This document shows, piece by piece, positions 9,898-19,642 of a stretch of DNA of 64,000 nt. Each line of letters opens with the position of its first letter. Position 1 is the first letter of the stretch. This stretch comes from a virus (lineage: Duplodnaviria > Caudoviricetes): positions 32,001-96,000 of IMG/VR virus record IMGVR_UViG_3300024255_001563, one strand, 5' to 3'. The translations under genes and the position numbers were made by a program. The notes below the pieces were generated by a model. The model had not been told where the DNA came from. It searched no databases and saw nothing but the letters and a program-made list of their open reading frames with translations.

Positions 9898-9931
9898 TAT
9901 TGTAATGATAAGGCATTAATAGGAGTACGGC

Positions 9932-10207
9932 ATGTCGATTGATTACAAGTTTAATGAAAAAGCACTTATTGAAGAGTTTCAAGCATATATTGATAGTACA
10001 TATCAAGGTCATTATGCTACTAATAAATTTCAATCAACTGAAGTGATTATTGAAAGAGGTCATGGTACTGGATTTTGTATGGGCAACGTTGACAAGTATT
10101 CTAATCGTTACGGCAAAAAAGGTTCTAAGGATGACGCAAGAAAAGACTTAATGAAAGTTTTACATTATGCACTAATACAATTGCATATACATGATAACGA
10201 TCTTTAA
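9932..10207 (+). CDS. DUF3310-like small protein (T7 gp1.7/SaV-related family)
   Basis: HY...FCMGNVDKYSNRYGKKG...DLMKVLHY motif; AGGAG SD. Confidence 0.65.
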   Translation: MSIDYKFNEKALIEEFQAYIDSTYQGHYATNKFQSTEVIIERGHGTGFCMGNVDKYSNRYGKKGSKDDARKDLMKVLHYALIQLHIHDNDL

Positions 10208-10959
10208 CCTATTGTAAAGCCATATCCTGTGCCGCCTGCAACAGCTAACGACACTTCTTGTTCTAGCTTATCCATCTCAGTTTGTGCTTCTGCCTTTAAT
10301 GCATCACCGTTTAGTGTTGATCCACCTTGTGGACCTGCAATAGTAGCAAACTTTGAACGTGCTTCGCCTAGCATATATTTACAACTCGCAAGTGTATAAT
10401 CTTTAATCCATTGTACAGCTAGGTAATCTTTTAATAATTCTTCATCTGGACGAAAGTTATATACCATTAATAAAAGATCCTCTTCAGAGCGTGGCCTTTG
10501 TAATATTGTCAATTTCTTTGTAGTCGAATTCCACTGAAATTCTATAAAACTACCAAACATTCTGCCTACTAGTTCTTGATACTGACTAAACATATCATAT
10601 GTTGCTAGTCCGCCCATTTTAGAACCTGATAACAGATAAGTGTTTGTGTAAGCAAGATTAAATGGTTCAAACAGTGTCCCGCCGCCTCCGCCACCGGATC
10701 TTGATCCTATTGATCTACGGAAAATTTGTCTAACTTCCATTACTTCATTAGGTAAAATATATTCGTTTTGATCTATTACTGTTGGCATAAACATATACGA
10801 TTCTTCTACACTATAATCACTGCGCATACGATATCTTGTTAACGCCTTTGTTAACGCTGTTTGATAATGTATCGGGTCTAATTCAACATCGACCATTCCA
10901 CCACCGAGGAATGCGTTTACATAATCAAATATTTCTTGTTTTTGTGTTGCTAGTGTCAT
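10204..10959 (-). CDS. gp13: Neck protein (gp13-like)
   Basis: LGGGMVDVELD, EYILPNEVMEV, WIKDYTLASCK.MLGEARSKF...GPQGGSTLNG..LK.EA..EM.KLE; TAAATA 10977-10982. Confidence 0.8.
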   Translation of the reverse strand: MTLATQKQEIFDYVNAFLGGGMVDVELDPIHYQTALTKALTRYRMRSDYSVEESYMFMPTVIDQNEYILPNEVMEVRQIFRRSIGSRSGGGGGGTLFEPFNLAYTNTYLLSGSKMGGLATYDMFSQYQELVGRMFGSFIEFQWNSTTKKLTILQRPRSEEDLLLMVYNFRPDEELLKDYLAVQWIKDYTLASCKYMLGEARSKFATIAGPQGGSTLNGDALKAEAQTEMDKLEQEVSLAVAGGTGYGFTIG

Positions 10960-10976
10960 ATGAAGTTCTCCAATAG

Positions 10977-10998
10977 TATTTATTCGTTACGATAAATA
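10977..10998. promoter_or_regulatory. Back-to-back divergent late promoters for gp13 and gp14
   Basis: TATTTA 10977-10982 and TAAATA 10993-10998 within a near-palindrome. Confidence 0.7.
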
Positions 10999-11021
10999 TG
11001 TATAACAATAGGAGAACGGCT

Positions 11022-12176
11022 ATCCCTCGCTTATCACTATACAAACCAGAACGTGGCAATGATTATGAATTTCTCGATCGTCAGATTGAAGAAATGTTTC
11101 ATATTGGCGGAACTGATATTAATATACACAAATATTTAGGACCAGTAAATCCTGAAGAAGATGAAGCAACGGCTGCACAACCGCAATACAATGCTTTAAA
11201 TGAAACTAATATACAAGATTTGCTATTTTTAGAAAATAGAGATAGAAAATACGAAAAAGATGTATATAGTCATAGAGCTATATATAATGTTCAAGATATT
11301 GATTTTGATTTAAGTCAGTTTGGATTATTTTTAAGTAATGATACATTATTCATGACTGTGCATATTAGAAGTATTGTAAAAACTTTAGGCAGAAAACCTT
11401 TAAGCGGAGATGTTATAGAATTACCGCATTTAAAAGATGAGTATGCATTAAACGATTATGATGTTGCATTAAAACGCTTTTATGTTATCGAAGATATTAC
11501 TCGAGCTGCTGAAGGATTTTCGCAGACTTGGTATCCACACCTATATAGACTAAAATTAAAACAAATATACGACGGTAGAGAATATGCTGAAATTTTAGAT
11601 TTACCAGTTAGTGAAACAAGCGATACAACACTAAGAGACGTATTATCAACATATGAAAAAGAAATGCAAATTAATAATGCAGTAGTGCAACAAGCAGAAG
11701 CAGACGCACCATTAAGTGGCTATGACACTACGCACTTTTACACTATGGCCTATAACGAAGACGGAACAATTGATCTTGAAACAGCAGATCAAACAGATAT
11801 AGATGCAAGTAATATTACTAACACAACAGACGAAATTTCTGCAAATCCTGAAAGAAGTGCATACAATGGATACTTAGTCGGTAATGATACTCCAAATGGT
11901 GCTCCGTATGGTGCAGGAATACAATTTCCTAGAGTAAATTATGACGGCGACTATTTCTTGCGTACTGATTTTTTACCTAATAGATTATTTAGATATGACG
12001 GAAATAAATGGGTAAAAGTTGAAGATAATGTTAGAATGACATTAACTAATAGTCTTGATCGAATAACACAAAGACATTCATTTGTAAATAACACTAATAG
12101 TAGCGAGATTGCTGGAGAAACTGTCGAAGAAAGACAAAGTATATCTAAAGCACTAAAACCTAGGGCAGATAATTAA
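11022..12176 (+). CDS. gp14: Neck/head-closure protein (gp14-like); probable ATC start at 11022 (ORF track starts at 10998)
   Basis: IQDLLFLENRDRKY...DFDLSQFGLFL..D.LFMTVH...GDVIELPHL...YRLKLK; located between gp13 and gp15; AGGAGA at 11010-11015 precedes ATC. Confidence 0.7.
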   Translation: MPRLSLYKPERGNDYEFLDRQIEEMFHIGGTDINIHKYLGPVNPEEDEATAAQPQYNALNETNIQDLLFLENRDRKYEKDVYSHRAIYNVQDIDFDLSQFGLFLSNDTLFMTVHIRSIVKTLGRKPLSGDVIELPHLKDEYALNDYDVALKRFYVIEDITRAAEGFSQTWYPHLYRLKLKQIYDGREYAEILDLPVSETSDTTLRDVLSTYEKEMQINNAVVQQAEADAPLSGYDTTHFYTMAYNEDGTIDLETADQTDIDASNITNTTDEISANPERSAYNGYLVGNDTPNGAPYGAGIQFPRVNYDGDYFLRTDFLPNRLFRYDGNKWVKVEDNVRMTLTNSLDRITQRHSFVNNTNSSEIAGETVEERQSISKALKPRADN

Positions 12177-13600
12177 TGCTATATTTTTATGACGGACAAG
12201 TAAGACGATATATTAGTCAAATTATACGTATGCTAAGTAATTTTTCTGTGCAAGACGGCAAAGGCGGATTAAAAGAAATACCAGTAATGTATGGTGATCT
12301 TACTAGACAAGTAGCTAATATAATTAGAGAAAATAGCGAAAATAAATTGCCTAGTGCGCCACGAATGAGTGTTTATGTTACAGGTTTAGAATTAGAAAGA
12401 GATAGAATACAAGATCCTAGTTTTATTAAAAAAACAAACATTGTAGAACGTGCATATGATAAAGAAAATAATCAATATCTTAACTATCAAGGTAAAAACT
12501 ATACTGTAGAAAAACTTATGCCTATGCCTTATTTGCTGCGAGTTAATGCAGATATCTGGGCAAGTAGTACAGATCAAAAATTACAAATATTAGAACAAAT
12601 TTTAGTATTTTTTACACCGAGTCTCGAAATACAGACTACTGACAATTATATCGACTGGACAAGTTTAACTGTTATAAATCTTGATAATATACAATGGACA
12701 AATAGAAGCATTCCAGTAGGTGTAGATAGTGAAATTGATGTAGCAACACTTACATTTACAACTCCGATTTATATTAGCACTCCGGCTAAAGTAAAACGTC
12801 TAGGTGCTATAACTAATATTATTACAAGTATGTTTGACGAAACTCAGGGTACTATTGATTTAGGAAATGATCAAGCATCTTTAAACAGATGGGACGATGT
12901 TGCAACATCGGGTAGATTCACAGGCGAGTTTGGTGAAACAGCCGAAACACAAATTGCAAAACATTCAGCTGATGTTAATGATGGACAATACGGTGTATAT
13001 ATAAGAGGAAATCAAGCACAGTTATACGGTAGAGGTTCTATCGGTACAACAAGTTGGCGTTCAGTAACAGAAAATTTACCAGGAACTTATACCGGGGGCG
13101 TTAGTAGAATATTCCTAACAAGTTTAGACACTGATGCAGTTCTTACTGGAACAATTGCATTAAATGAATTAGATGAAACAATACTAATAGTAAACTGGGA
13201 TGTTGACAGTTTTCCTGACGATGACATTATTTCCAGTGACATCGGCGATCGTACTAGTATAGATTATATAATTGATCCACGTAGACGTAATCCTTCTGAT
13301 ATTAAAACTCCAGGTACTAGGATACTACTTTTAGATGATATCGGTGGAGAAGATGCACTAGAATCAGCAATAGCGTGGAAAAATGTAGACAATAGTCAAT
13401 TAGTAGCAAGTGCTAATGATATAATAGAATGGACTGGTACAAAATGGAATATAATTTTTGATGCTAGTGAAACAGATGAAATAACTTATATTACTAATTT
13501 AAATACAGGAATACAATACAGGTTTAGCAATGGTGAATGGCTAATAAGTGTTGAAGGCGATTATCCAGTTGGCACCTGGCGTCTTGACCTTTATGGCTAA
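12176..13600 (+). CDS. gp15: Tail terminator/sheath stabiliser (gp15-like) with C-terminal extension
   Basis: YFYDGQVRRY...IPVMYG...LPSAPRMS...PMPY.L....DIW...QKLQILEQILVFFTP; TAATG coupling to gp14. Confidence 0.75.
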   Translation: MLYFYDGQVRRYISQIIRMLSNFSVQDGKGGLKEIPVMYGDLTRQVANIIRENSENKLPSAPRMSVYVTGLELERDRIQDPSFIKKTNIVERAYDKENNQYLNYQGKNYTVEKLMPMPYLLRVNADIWASSTDQKLQILEQILVFFTPSLEIQTTDNYIDWTSLTVINLDNIQWTNRSIPVGVDSEIDVATLTFTTPIYISTPAKVKRLGAITNIITSMFDETQGTIDLGNDQASLNRWDDVATSGRFTGEFGETAETQIAKHSADVNDGQYGVYIRGNQAQLYGRGSIGTTSWRSVTENLPGTYTGGVSRIFLTSLDTDAVLTGTIALNELDETILIVNWDVDSFPDDDIISSDIGDRTSIDYIIDPRRRNPSDIKTPGTRILLLDDIGGEDALESAIAWKNVDNSQLVASANDIIEWTGTKWNIIFDASETDEITYITNLNTGIQYRFSNGEWLISVEGDYPVGTWRLDLYG

Positions 13601-13608
13601 TTATTATT

Positions 13609-14070
13609 ATGAAACAAATAATCTGTAGCGGTGCTTTATTCTACTCTCTTGACACTCGAAGATTTCTTTTTTTACACAGAAATAATGGTAAAAGAAAAAA
13701 TCTATGGGGATTAGTCGGAGGTACTAATGAAGGTAAGGAAACACCTTGGGAAGGACTTCGTAGAGAAGTTGAAGAGGAAATAGGGTTTCTGCCAGAAATA
13801 GTAAAAACTATGCCATTAGAAACTTTTATATCTAATGATGAACTATTTCATTATCATACATATATTTGTATAGTTCAAGACGAATTTATTCCAAAACTAA
13901 ATTTTGAACATGATGGATATGCTTGGGTTAGTTTTACAAAGTGGCCCAAACCATTACACGACGGTGTAAGAAATACACTAAACAATAGAGTTAATCAAAA
14001 AAAATTACAGACAGTATTTGAAGTGTTAGATTTATTATTAGAGAAAAGCAATGGAACCAAAACAATTTAG
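13609..14070 (+). CDS. Nudix hydrolase
   Basis: Full Nudix box GTNEGKETPWEGLRREVEEEIG. Confidence 0.9.
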   Translation: MKQIICSGALFYSLDTRRFLFLHRNNGKRKNLWGLVGGTNEGKETPWEGLRREVEEEIGFLPEIVKTMPLETFISNDELFHYHTYICIVQDEFIPKLNFEHDGYAWVSFTKWPKPLHDGVRNTLNNRVNQKKLQTVFEVLDLLLEKSNGTKTI

Positions 14071-14695
14071 AAATATAGGATATATGTTACACAAACTACA
14101 AGATAGTGAGCTGTCTCATATATCTCAACGAATTAAAGATATACAAGATAATTTTGATACTTCTACTCCGGTAAATTATCAACTTATAGGACAAATTGAA
14201 AGAGAATTTGATCTAGCAGATGATAAAAAGTGTCAAGAAGAAATGTATAAAATTTTAATGCCGCTTGTAGAAGAATATGAAAATCATTTTACTTATTTAA
14301 AAAATAGATCAAGATTATTAGTTGATAAAAGTCCTGCACTTACTTTAGAAAGTTTGTGGGTAAATTATCAAAAAAAATATGAATTTAATCCTACACATAA
14401 TCACAACGGCGTATATTCATTTGTTATATGGCACAAAATACCATATAGTATAGAAGACGAAAAACAAAATAGTCCAGGTAAAAAAGCAAATAATGCATTA
14501 GCTGGACACTTTGAATTTCAATTTACTAATAGTTTAGGAAATATATTGCAGGAATCATTGCCTGTAGACAAAGAATGGAATAATACTATCTGTCTTTTCC
14601 CTGCTGAAATGATACATAATGTGTATCCATTTTTTACATCAGACGATTATAGAATTACAATTTCAGGAAATATAAGTTTGGAGATACACAAGTGA
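14051..14695 (+). CDS. 2OG-Fe(II) oxygenase (HxH type)
   Basis: FNPTHNH, FPAEMIHNVYPF, RITISGN. Confidence 0.8.
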   Translation: MEPKQFRNIGYMLHKLQDSELSHISQRIKDIQDNFDTSTPVNYQLIGQIEREFDLADDKKCQEEMYKILMPLVEEYENHFTYLKNRSRLLVDKSPALTLESLWVNYQKKYEFNPTHNHNGVYSFVIWHKIPYSIEDEKQNSPGKKANNALAGHFEFQFTNSLGNILQESLPVDKEWNNTICLFPAEMIHNVYPFFTSDDYRITISGNISLEIHK

Positions 14696-15054
14696 GTGAT
14701 AATGTAGAAAAACATTCTTGGGGATTTGAAGCAGTATGGGCAAAAGCTGACGGCTATGGTGCTAAACATATGATGTTCCTACAAGCAGGAAGTAAAACCG
14801 ATATATTTTTTCAAAAAAAGACACATAAAACTTGGTTTGTTGCATCAGGAAATTTTTCTATAAAATGGATAGATACAAGTAATGGTAAAGTATTTGAATC
14901 GAAACTAGAAGAAGGATCTGTGTTTGAAGTTGAAACTTTAAAGCCAGTATGTTTAGAAGCACTTACAGATAATAGTTCAATTACCGAAGTTAATAACGGT
15001 ATATACGATAATGATAAATTTATTGTTTACCCTAGTAATAATGTAGGAATATAG
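14692..15054 (+). CDS. Cupin-fold protein (sugar isomerase-like), GTG start
   Basis: KHSWGFEAVW...F..K.HKTWFV.SG...LEEG.VF.V pattern. Confidence 0.6.
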   Translation: MSDNVEKHSWGFEAVWAKADGYGAKHMMFLQAGSKTDIFFQKKTHKTWFVASGNFSIKWIDTSNGKVFESKLEEGSVFEVETLKPVCLEALTDNSSITEVNNGIYDNDKFIVYPSNNVGI

Positions 15055-15315
15055 ATGTTACCTAAACTATCAGAATCACAATTCTTTAAAGACGAACTAA
15101 AATTGTTTGAAATTCATATGCAAGATCTATCAAACGACAAAAAAATCGAAGCACAAAAAAAGATTGCAAGTCTTTTAGAACTAGTAGAATATGTAGACAC
15201 AGGTCATACACAAAAAATTGGATCTAGAATAACTCCGTCATTAATGGATAATACTAGATCGCAAATTGTAGATCTTAGAAAACAAATAGCAAAAATTTGT
15301 AATATTAAGATATAG
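15055..15315 (+). CDS. Hypothetical protein
   Basis: 86-aa helical ORF with AGGA SD. Confidence 0.6.
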   Translation: MLPKLSESQFFKDELKLFEIHMQDLSNDKKIEAQKKIASLLELVEYVDTGHTQKIGSRITPSLMDNTRSQIVDLRKQIAKICNIKI

Positions 15316-18300
15316 TTATTGCGCCAAACATATTATTGTGGAATTCACATTGATAATAATATGTTCCTGTAGTTGTTGGTGTCCAGTATACTGATCCTAA
15401 AGTTGCACCTTGATTAGTTACACCTATGGCTTGATCGCCTGTACCTGTACCTTGAACAGTCTTGAGGTAGAAAGGATGTCCTGGTGCATTTACAGAGAAT
15501 TCAACGTAATCACCAACATTAAATGCTAGTGCAGGATCATTTCCGTTCACACTACCGTTTCTGTCACTACCGCTTAGAGTATAGTTTTGTGTATTATTAG
15601 CACTTACACTGATAACATAATCAGGTGCAACACTTGTATCTAGAATTGTTACATCTTCTGTTAAACTGCCAGTACTATTACCTAAACTATCTGTTGATGC
15701 AAGTGTAACAGTCATTGTTTCTGCACCTTCAGTTAATGAATCGTTTTCTAATGTAATAGTAAATGTGCCTGTGCCACTATTAATGTTAATTACACCGCCT
15801 AGTGTCGCCGCTGTAATATCATCTACGGTTACACCAGAGATAGAATACCCAACAGTTGTGCCGTCATCTACTCCGCTTGTAGATAGTGTATATGTAACAG
15901 TTGTTCCTTCTCCTACTTCGGTTGCATCAGCAGTTAATGAATCATATGTTATAGGAATCGATGTGTCTGCAATAACAATGTCAATACTATCTCGACCATT
16001 ATCTAATGATAGTGTCATAGTTTCTGGACCTTCTGTAGTAACATCGTTTGCAATGACAAATGCTATTGTATCTGTATTACTATTAACTGTAAAGTTGCCA
16101 GTAATACTACCACTACTCAAGTCACTTGCATCGATACCTGTTATTGTATATGCAATAGATGTGCCATTAGCTAGACTTGTAGTATCAAGTGTAATATTTA
16201 CTGTATCGCCTTCATCGACGGACACACTATTTGCACTTAGTTCATATGTTGGACCTAGACTTGTATCTAAAATTGTAATACTAATGTCATCTTCACTATT
16301 ATCTAGTGCTAGATTCATAACTTCAGATCCTTCTGTAGTAATATCTTGATCAAATGTGAAACTCAATGATGCAAAATTACTGCTAACAGTAAAGTTACCT
16401 GTTATAGATCCGCTTGATAAATCCGATGCATCTATACCTGTAATAGTATACGGAACAACCGTTCCGTTTGATACGTTTGTTGTGTTAAGTAAAATATTTA
16501 CACTATCGCCTTCATTAACAGTTGTTGAACCAGAGCTTAGTATATATGTAGGTGATCCTGTAATACTAGTATCATTAATTACAACACTTACATCTTCACC
16601 TAGTCCGTCTAATGTTAATGTTAATGATTCACTACCTTCTGTAGTAGCATCATCTGCAATATTTATTGCAAGTGTATCTGTATTTGAAGTTATAGTAAAC
16701 GATCCTGTTAGTGCTATATCTATATCAGATACATCAACACCTGTAATTGTGTATGGAATACTAGTAGCATCTGCTATATCTGTTGTTGTAAGAGTAATAA
16801 CAATCGAATCGCCTTCGTTTACATCTGGAACACTACTTGATAGACTATAGGTCGGCGGCGCTGTACTTGTATCTGCAATAACCACATTGTCTGATAAAGA
16901 AGTTGTTCCATTTCCGTTACTATCAGTTGCGTCTAATGTTATTATAAGAGTTTCAGCACCTTCTGTATCTAAGTCTTCTACAAGATCTATGCTTAATGTT
17001 GATGTATTACCTACAATTGTAAATATACCAGTTAAGCTTACTAAGTCTATATCATCTACCGATACCCCTGTAATTGTATATCCAACTGTTGTATCATCAG
17101 CAATTTGACTTGTATTAAGAGTAAACGTAATTGTATCGCCTTCATCTGCCGTTTCTACATCTGCTGCAAGACTTGTATATGTCGGAACAACAGGAGTTGT
17201 ACTAGTGTCTATAATAGTAACATCAACACTATCACCGCCATTGTTAAGTGCTAGTGTAATTGTTTCAGTGCCCTCTGTAGATAAGTCCTCTGCTAATGTA
17301 AAGCTAATATTAGAAGTATTATTTACAACTATAAAGCTTCCTGATATACTACCAGAAGTAAAATCATTAGCTGTTATTCCTGTACCTGTAATCGTATATT
17401 GAATTGGTGTTCCGTTTGGAATATTTGTAGTTGTTAGATCAACATTAAATGTTGCTCCTTCATTAACAGTTGTCGGAGAAGCTATAAGTGAATATGTAGG
17501 ATCTAGAGATGTATCATTAATAGTTATTGGATTTGATGTTACGCTAGTACCGTTTATGTTTAATGTTAATTCTTCAGCGCCTTCTGTAGTAGTATCTTCT
17601 GCAATTGCTAATTCAATAATTGATTTATTATTATATCCTGCATAAAAATTTCCATTTAAATCTACTGCGGTATCATTAACCTTTATAATAGAAAATATTG
17701 TATCAGGTCCTGAAGCAGACTCTTCCACTCCTAATCTATATGTATTTCCGTCTGTTGAAGTAAGTAATCCGTTTTCAGAAAAGGCAGAATCTGAATTATA
17801 ATCACCTACAATTGATGTATTCCAACGTAATCGATATCTATATCGTTGCCCGGGTGCAGAACTACCAGTTAATGTTCTAATTACTTCGTATGTATTACTA
17901 ACATACCTTTCTTGCCATTGATATAGATTACTAATATCTGAAGTTGTAATTCCCGAAAGTGTAAACGGAATGTCTGTTCCTTCGTCTATATTTACTGTTG
18001 TAAGAGTATATCTTACTGTGCCGCCTTCATCGATGCTAGTAACATTTTGAGATAGATAATATAGCGGAATAGTAGTAGAAAGCGATACAGTACCAGATAA
18101 CGATAAGGGTTGTTTTCCGTATTTCGAAAACATCATTCTATTAGGACTGCCCATTAATGATGTTTCGTATGCTGTATAATCTGAATCTAATCCTGTAGAA
18201 TATAATACATCTTTACTTTCAGCTACTAATTTGTTTTTTATTTGTAACGGAGTTGCATTAGGATCTACTTGTAAATGAAGTGCAATTAACCCAGCAACTT

Positions 18301-19642
18301 GAGGAGCTGCCATGCTTGTGCCGCCGATGTTTGCAATTTTATAACCCGGAGTAAAATAATCTCCTGCACTTGAACCAAATACATTAGTATCACTACAAGC
18401 ACTTATTATATCAGTTCCTGGGGCCCAGAAATTTGTACCAGGCCCTTTATTACTACTGCCTGCTGTTTTATCTCTAAATACTACACCATCTTGTTGTGTA
18501 GTACTATCTACATTACCTACAATAAATGCTTCTTCGCTATATGGACTAGATCCTTGATGATATTGAGTATTAAGTCCACTAAAAGTCACTTCGTTGTTGT
18601 AATCAAGGCCTGTAGGCACATCTATTTTATAATATTGATTTCCCGATGCAATACAAACATGTATTCCTGCATCAATCATGTCTTCAACCTCTGCATCAAT
18701 TTGCGCTAGTCTTACTGGAATTCTTCTACTTGTACCGCTGGGGCCAGTTAGTTGAGGAACTATACCATACGTTTGCCATAACTGATTTTGTGTTTCACCA
18801 AGATAAGACCATGGTGTTCCTCGATATGTCCCTCCAGTCGGGTCAGTAGTAGTAATTGTTCTACCGTATCCCCAACTCATATTTACTACTGTAGGACGTC
18901 CGTTAGTTTTTGCTAAATGCCATAATCGAATCACATCAAAGCAGTCAGTTGTGCTTATGCCTCCATTTGGATCCGAAGGCCCTTCTAATCCCGAAACTTT
19001 TACTGCATATATGTTTGCATTTTTAGCCCAGCCATATGTTTTACCTGCTGTAATTCCTGCGCAATGTGTTCCGTGGCCGTGATAATCAATATAATGTCCT
19101 GCAGGCATTGTGCCAGGTAATCCACTTTCGCTATACCAATCAATTTCTATAAATCTACTAGCACCTTGCATGTTTTGCCATTCTGGATGATCGGCACTAG
19201 TACCTGTATCTTGTATTACTACATCAACATCAGTTCCGTCTAGCCCATAAGGATAAAATCCATCCGGTGCAGTAGTTCCAGCAGAATACGAATTTGTATC
19301 ATCAATACACCTTCTAAGACCCCAGTTTGCTTTTGTATTATCTACTGCTGAAGTTTTATCAAAGTTAAATCCTTGTGTAAGATGAAGCATTTTATCTATA
19401 CCGTCTTGTTGATCTATAGGTACTTCCACTGCTTCTACTCTTGGATCATTTTTTAATCTTTCGGCTTCTTCGTCACTTAATAGCCAGTTAGTCATTCTCT
19501 TAGAGCCTGGTCTAGAATTCACAACGTCTACTGATCTTTCAGGTATAAATTCGCTTCCGGTTGAGCTAGATAATTCTGTATCTAATTCTTCTAAATTATT
19601 ATTTCTTTTTACAACTACTACATATTCTTTTTCGGTGCTCAT
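15305..19642 (-). CDS. Subtilisin-like S8 serine protease with prodomain, 7 Calx-beta/Ig-like repeats and a C-terminal cupredoxin-like domain
   Basis: Catalytic triad VVIQDTG / HGHGTHCAG / GTSMAAPQVAG; about 100-aa repeats; terminal HPFYLKT...YYYQCEFHNNMFG; no signal peptide. Confidence 0.9.
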   Translation of the reverse strand: MSTEKEYVVVVKRNNNLEELDTELSSSTGSEFIPERSVDVVNSRPGSKRMTNWLLSDEEAERLKNDPRVEAVEVPIDQQDGIDKMLHLTQGFNFDKTSAVDNTKANWGLRRCIDDTNSYSAGTTAPDGFYPYGLDGTDVDVVIQDTGTSADHPEWQNMQGASRFIEIDWYSESGLPGTMPAGHYIDYHGHGTHCAGITAGKTYGWAKNANIYAVKVSGLEGPSDPNGGISTTDCFDVIRLWHLAKTNGRPTVVNMSWGYGRTITTTDPTGGTYRGTPWSYLGETQNQLWQTYGIVPQLTGPSGTSRRIPVRLAQIDAEVEDMIDAGIHVCIASGNQYYKIDVPTGLDYNNEVTFSGLNTQYHQGSSPYSEEAFIVGNVDSTTQQDGVVFRDKTAGSSNKGPGTNFWAPGTDIISACSDTNVFGSSAGDYFTPGYKIANIGGTSMAAPQVAGLIALHLQVDPNATPLQIKNKLVAESKDVLYSTGLDSDYTAYETSLMGSPNRMMFSKYGKQPLSLSGTVSLSTTIPLYYLSQNVTSIDEGGTVRYTLTTVNIDEGTDIPFTLSGITTSDISNLYQWQERYVSNTYEVIRTLTGSSAPGQRYRYRLRWNTSIVGDYNSDSAFSENGLLTSTDGNTYRLGVEESASGPDTIFSIIKVNDTAVDLNGNFYAGYNNKSIIELAIAEDTTTEGAEELTLNINGTSVTSNPITINDTSLDPTYSLIASPTTVNEGATFNVDLTTTNIPNGTPIQYTITGTGITANDFTSGSISGSFIVVNNTSNISFTLAEDLSTEGTETITLALNNGGDSVDVTIIDTSTTPVVPTYTSLAADVETADEGDTITFTLNTSQIADDTTVGYTITGVSVDDIDLVSLTGIFTIVGNTSTLSIDLVEDLDTEGAETLIITLDATDSNGNGTTSLSDNVVIADTSTAPPTYSLSSSVPDVNEGDSIVITLTTTDIADATSIPYTITGVDVSDIDIALTGSFTITSNTDTLAINIADDATTEGSESLTLTLDGLGEDVSVVINDTSITGSPTYILSSGSTTVNEGDSVNILLNTTNVSNGTVVPYTITGIDASDLSSGSITGNFTVSSNFASLSFTFDQDITTEGSEVMNLALDNSEDDISITILDTSLGPTYELSANSVSVDEGDTVNITLDTTSLANGTSIAYTITGIDASDLSSGSITGNFTVNSNTDTIAFVIANDVTTEGPETMTLSLDNGRDSIDIVIADTSIPITYDSLTADATEVGEGTTVTYTLSTSGVDDGTTVGYSISGVTVDDITAATLGGVININSGTGTFTITLENDSLTEGAETMTVTLASTDSLGNSTGSLTEDVTILDTSVAPDYVISVSANNTQNYTLSGSDRNGSVNGNDPALAFNVGDYVEFSVNAPGHPFYLKTVQGTGTGDQAIGVTNQGATLGSVYWTPTTTGTYYYQCEFHNNMFGAITIS
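15630..18065 (-). repeat. Seven tandem ~100-aa Calx-beta-like repeats; the first carries a ~90-aa insertion
   Basis: Consensus PTY.L......V.EG.....L.T.....GT...YTITG....D......G.F....N......D..TEG.E...L.L.......I.DTS. Confidence 0.85.

Noticed and set aside
15046-15060. Cupin TAG stop immediately followed in frame by the next ATG, suggesting read-through or TAG recoding
   Set aside because: The downstream gene has its own AGGA SD. All long genes are intact under code 11 with no fragmentation, and no suppressor tRNA is visible.
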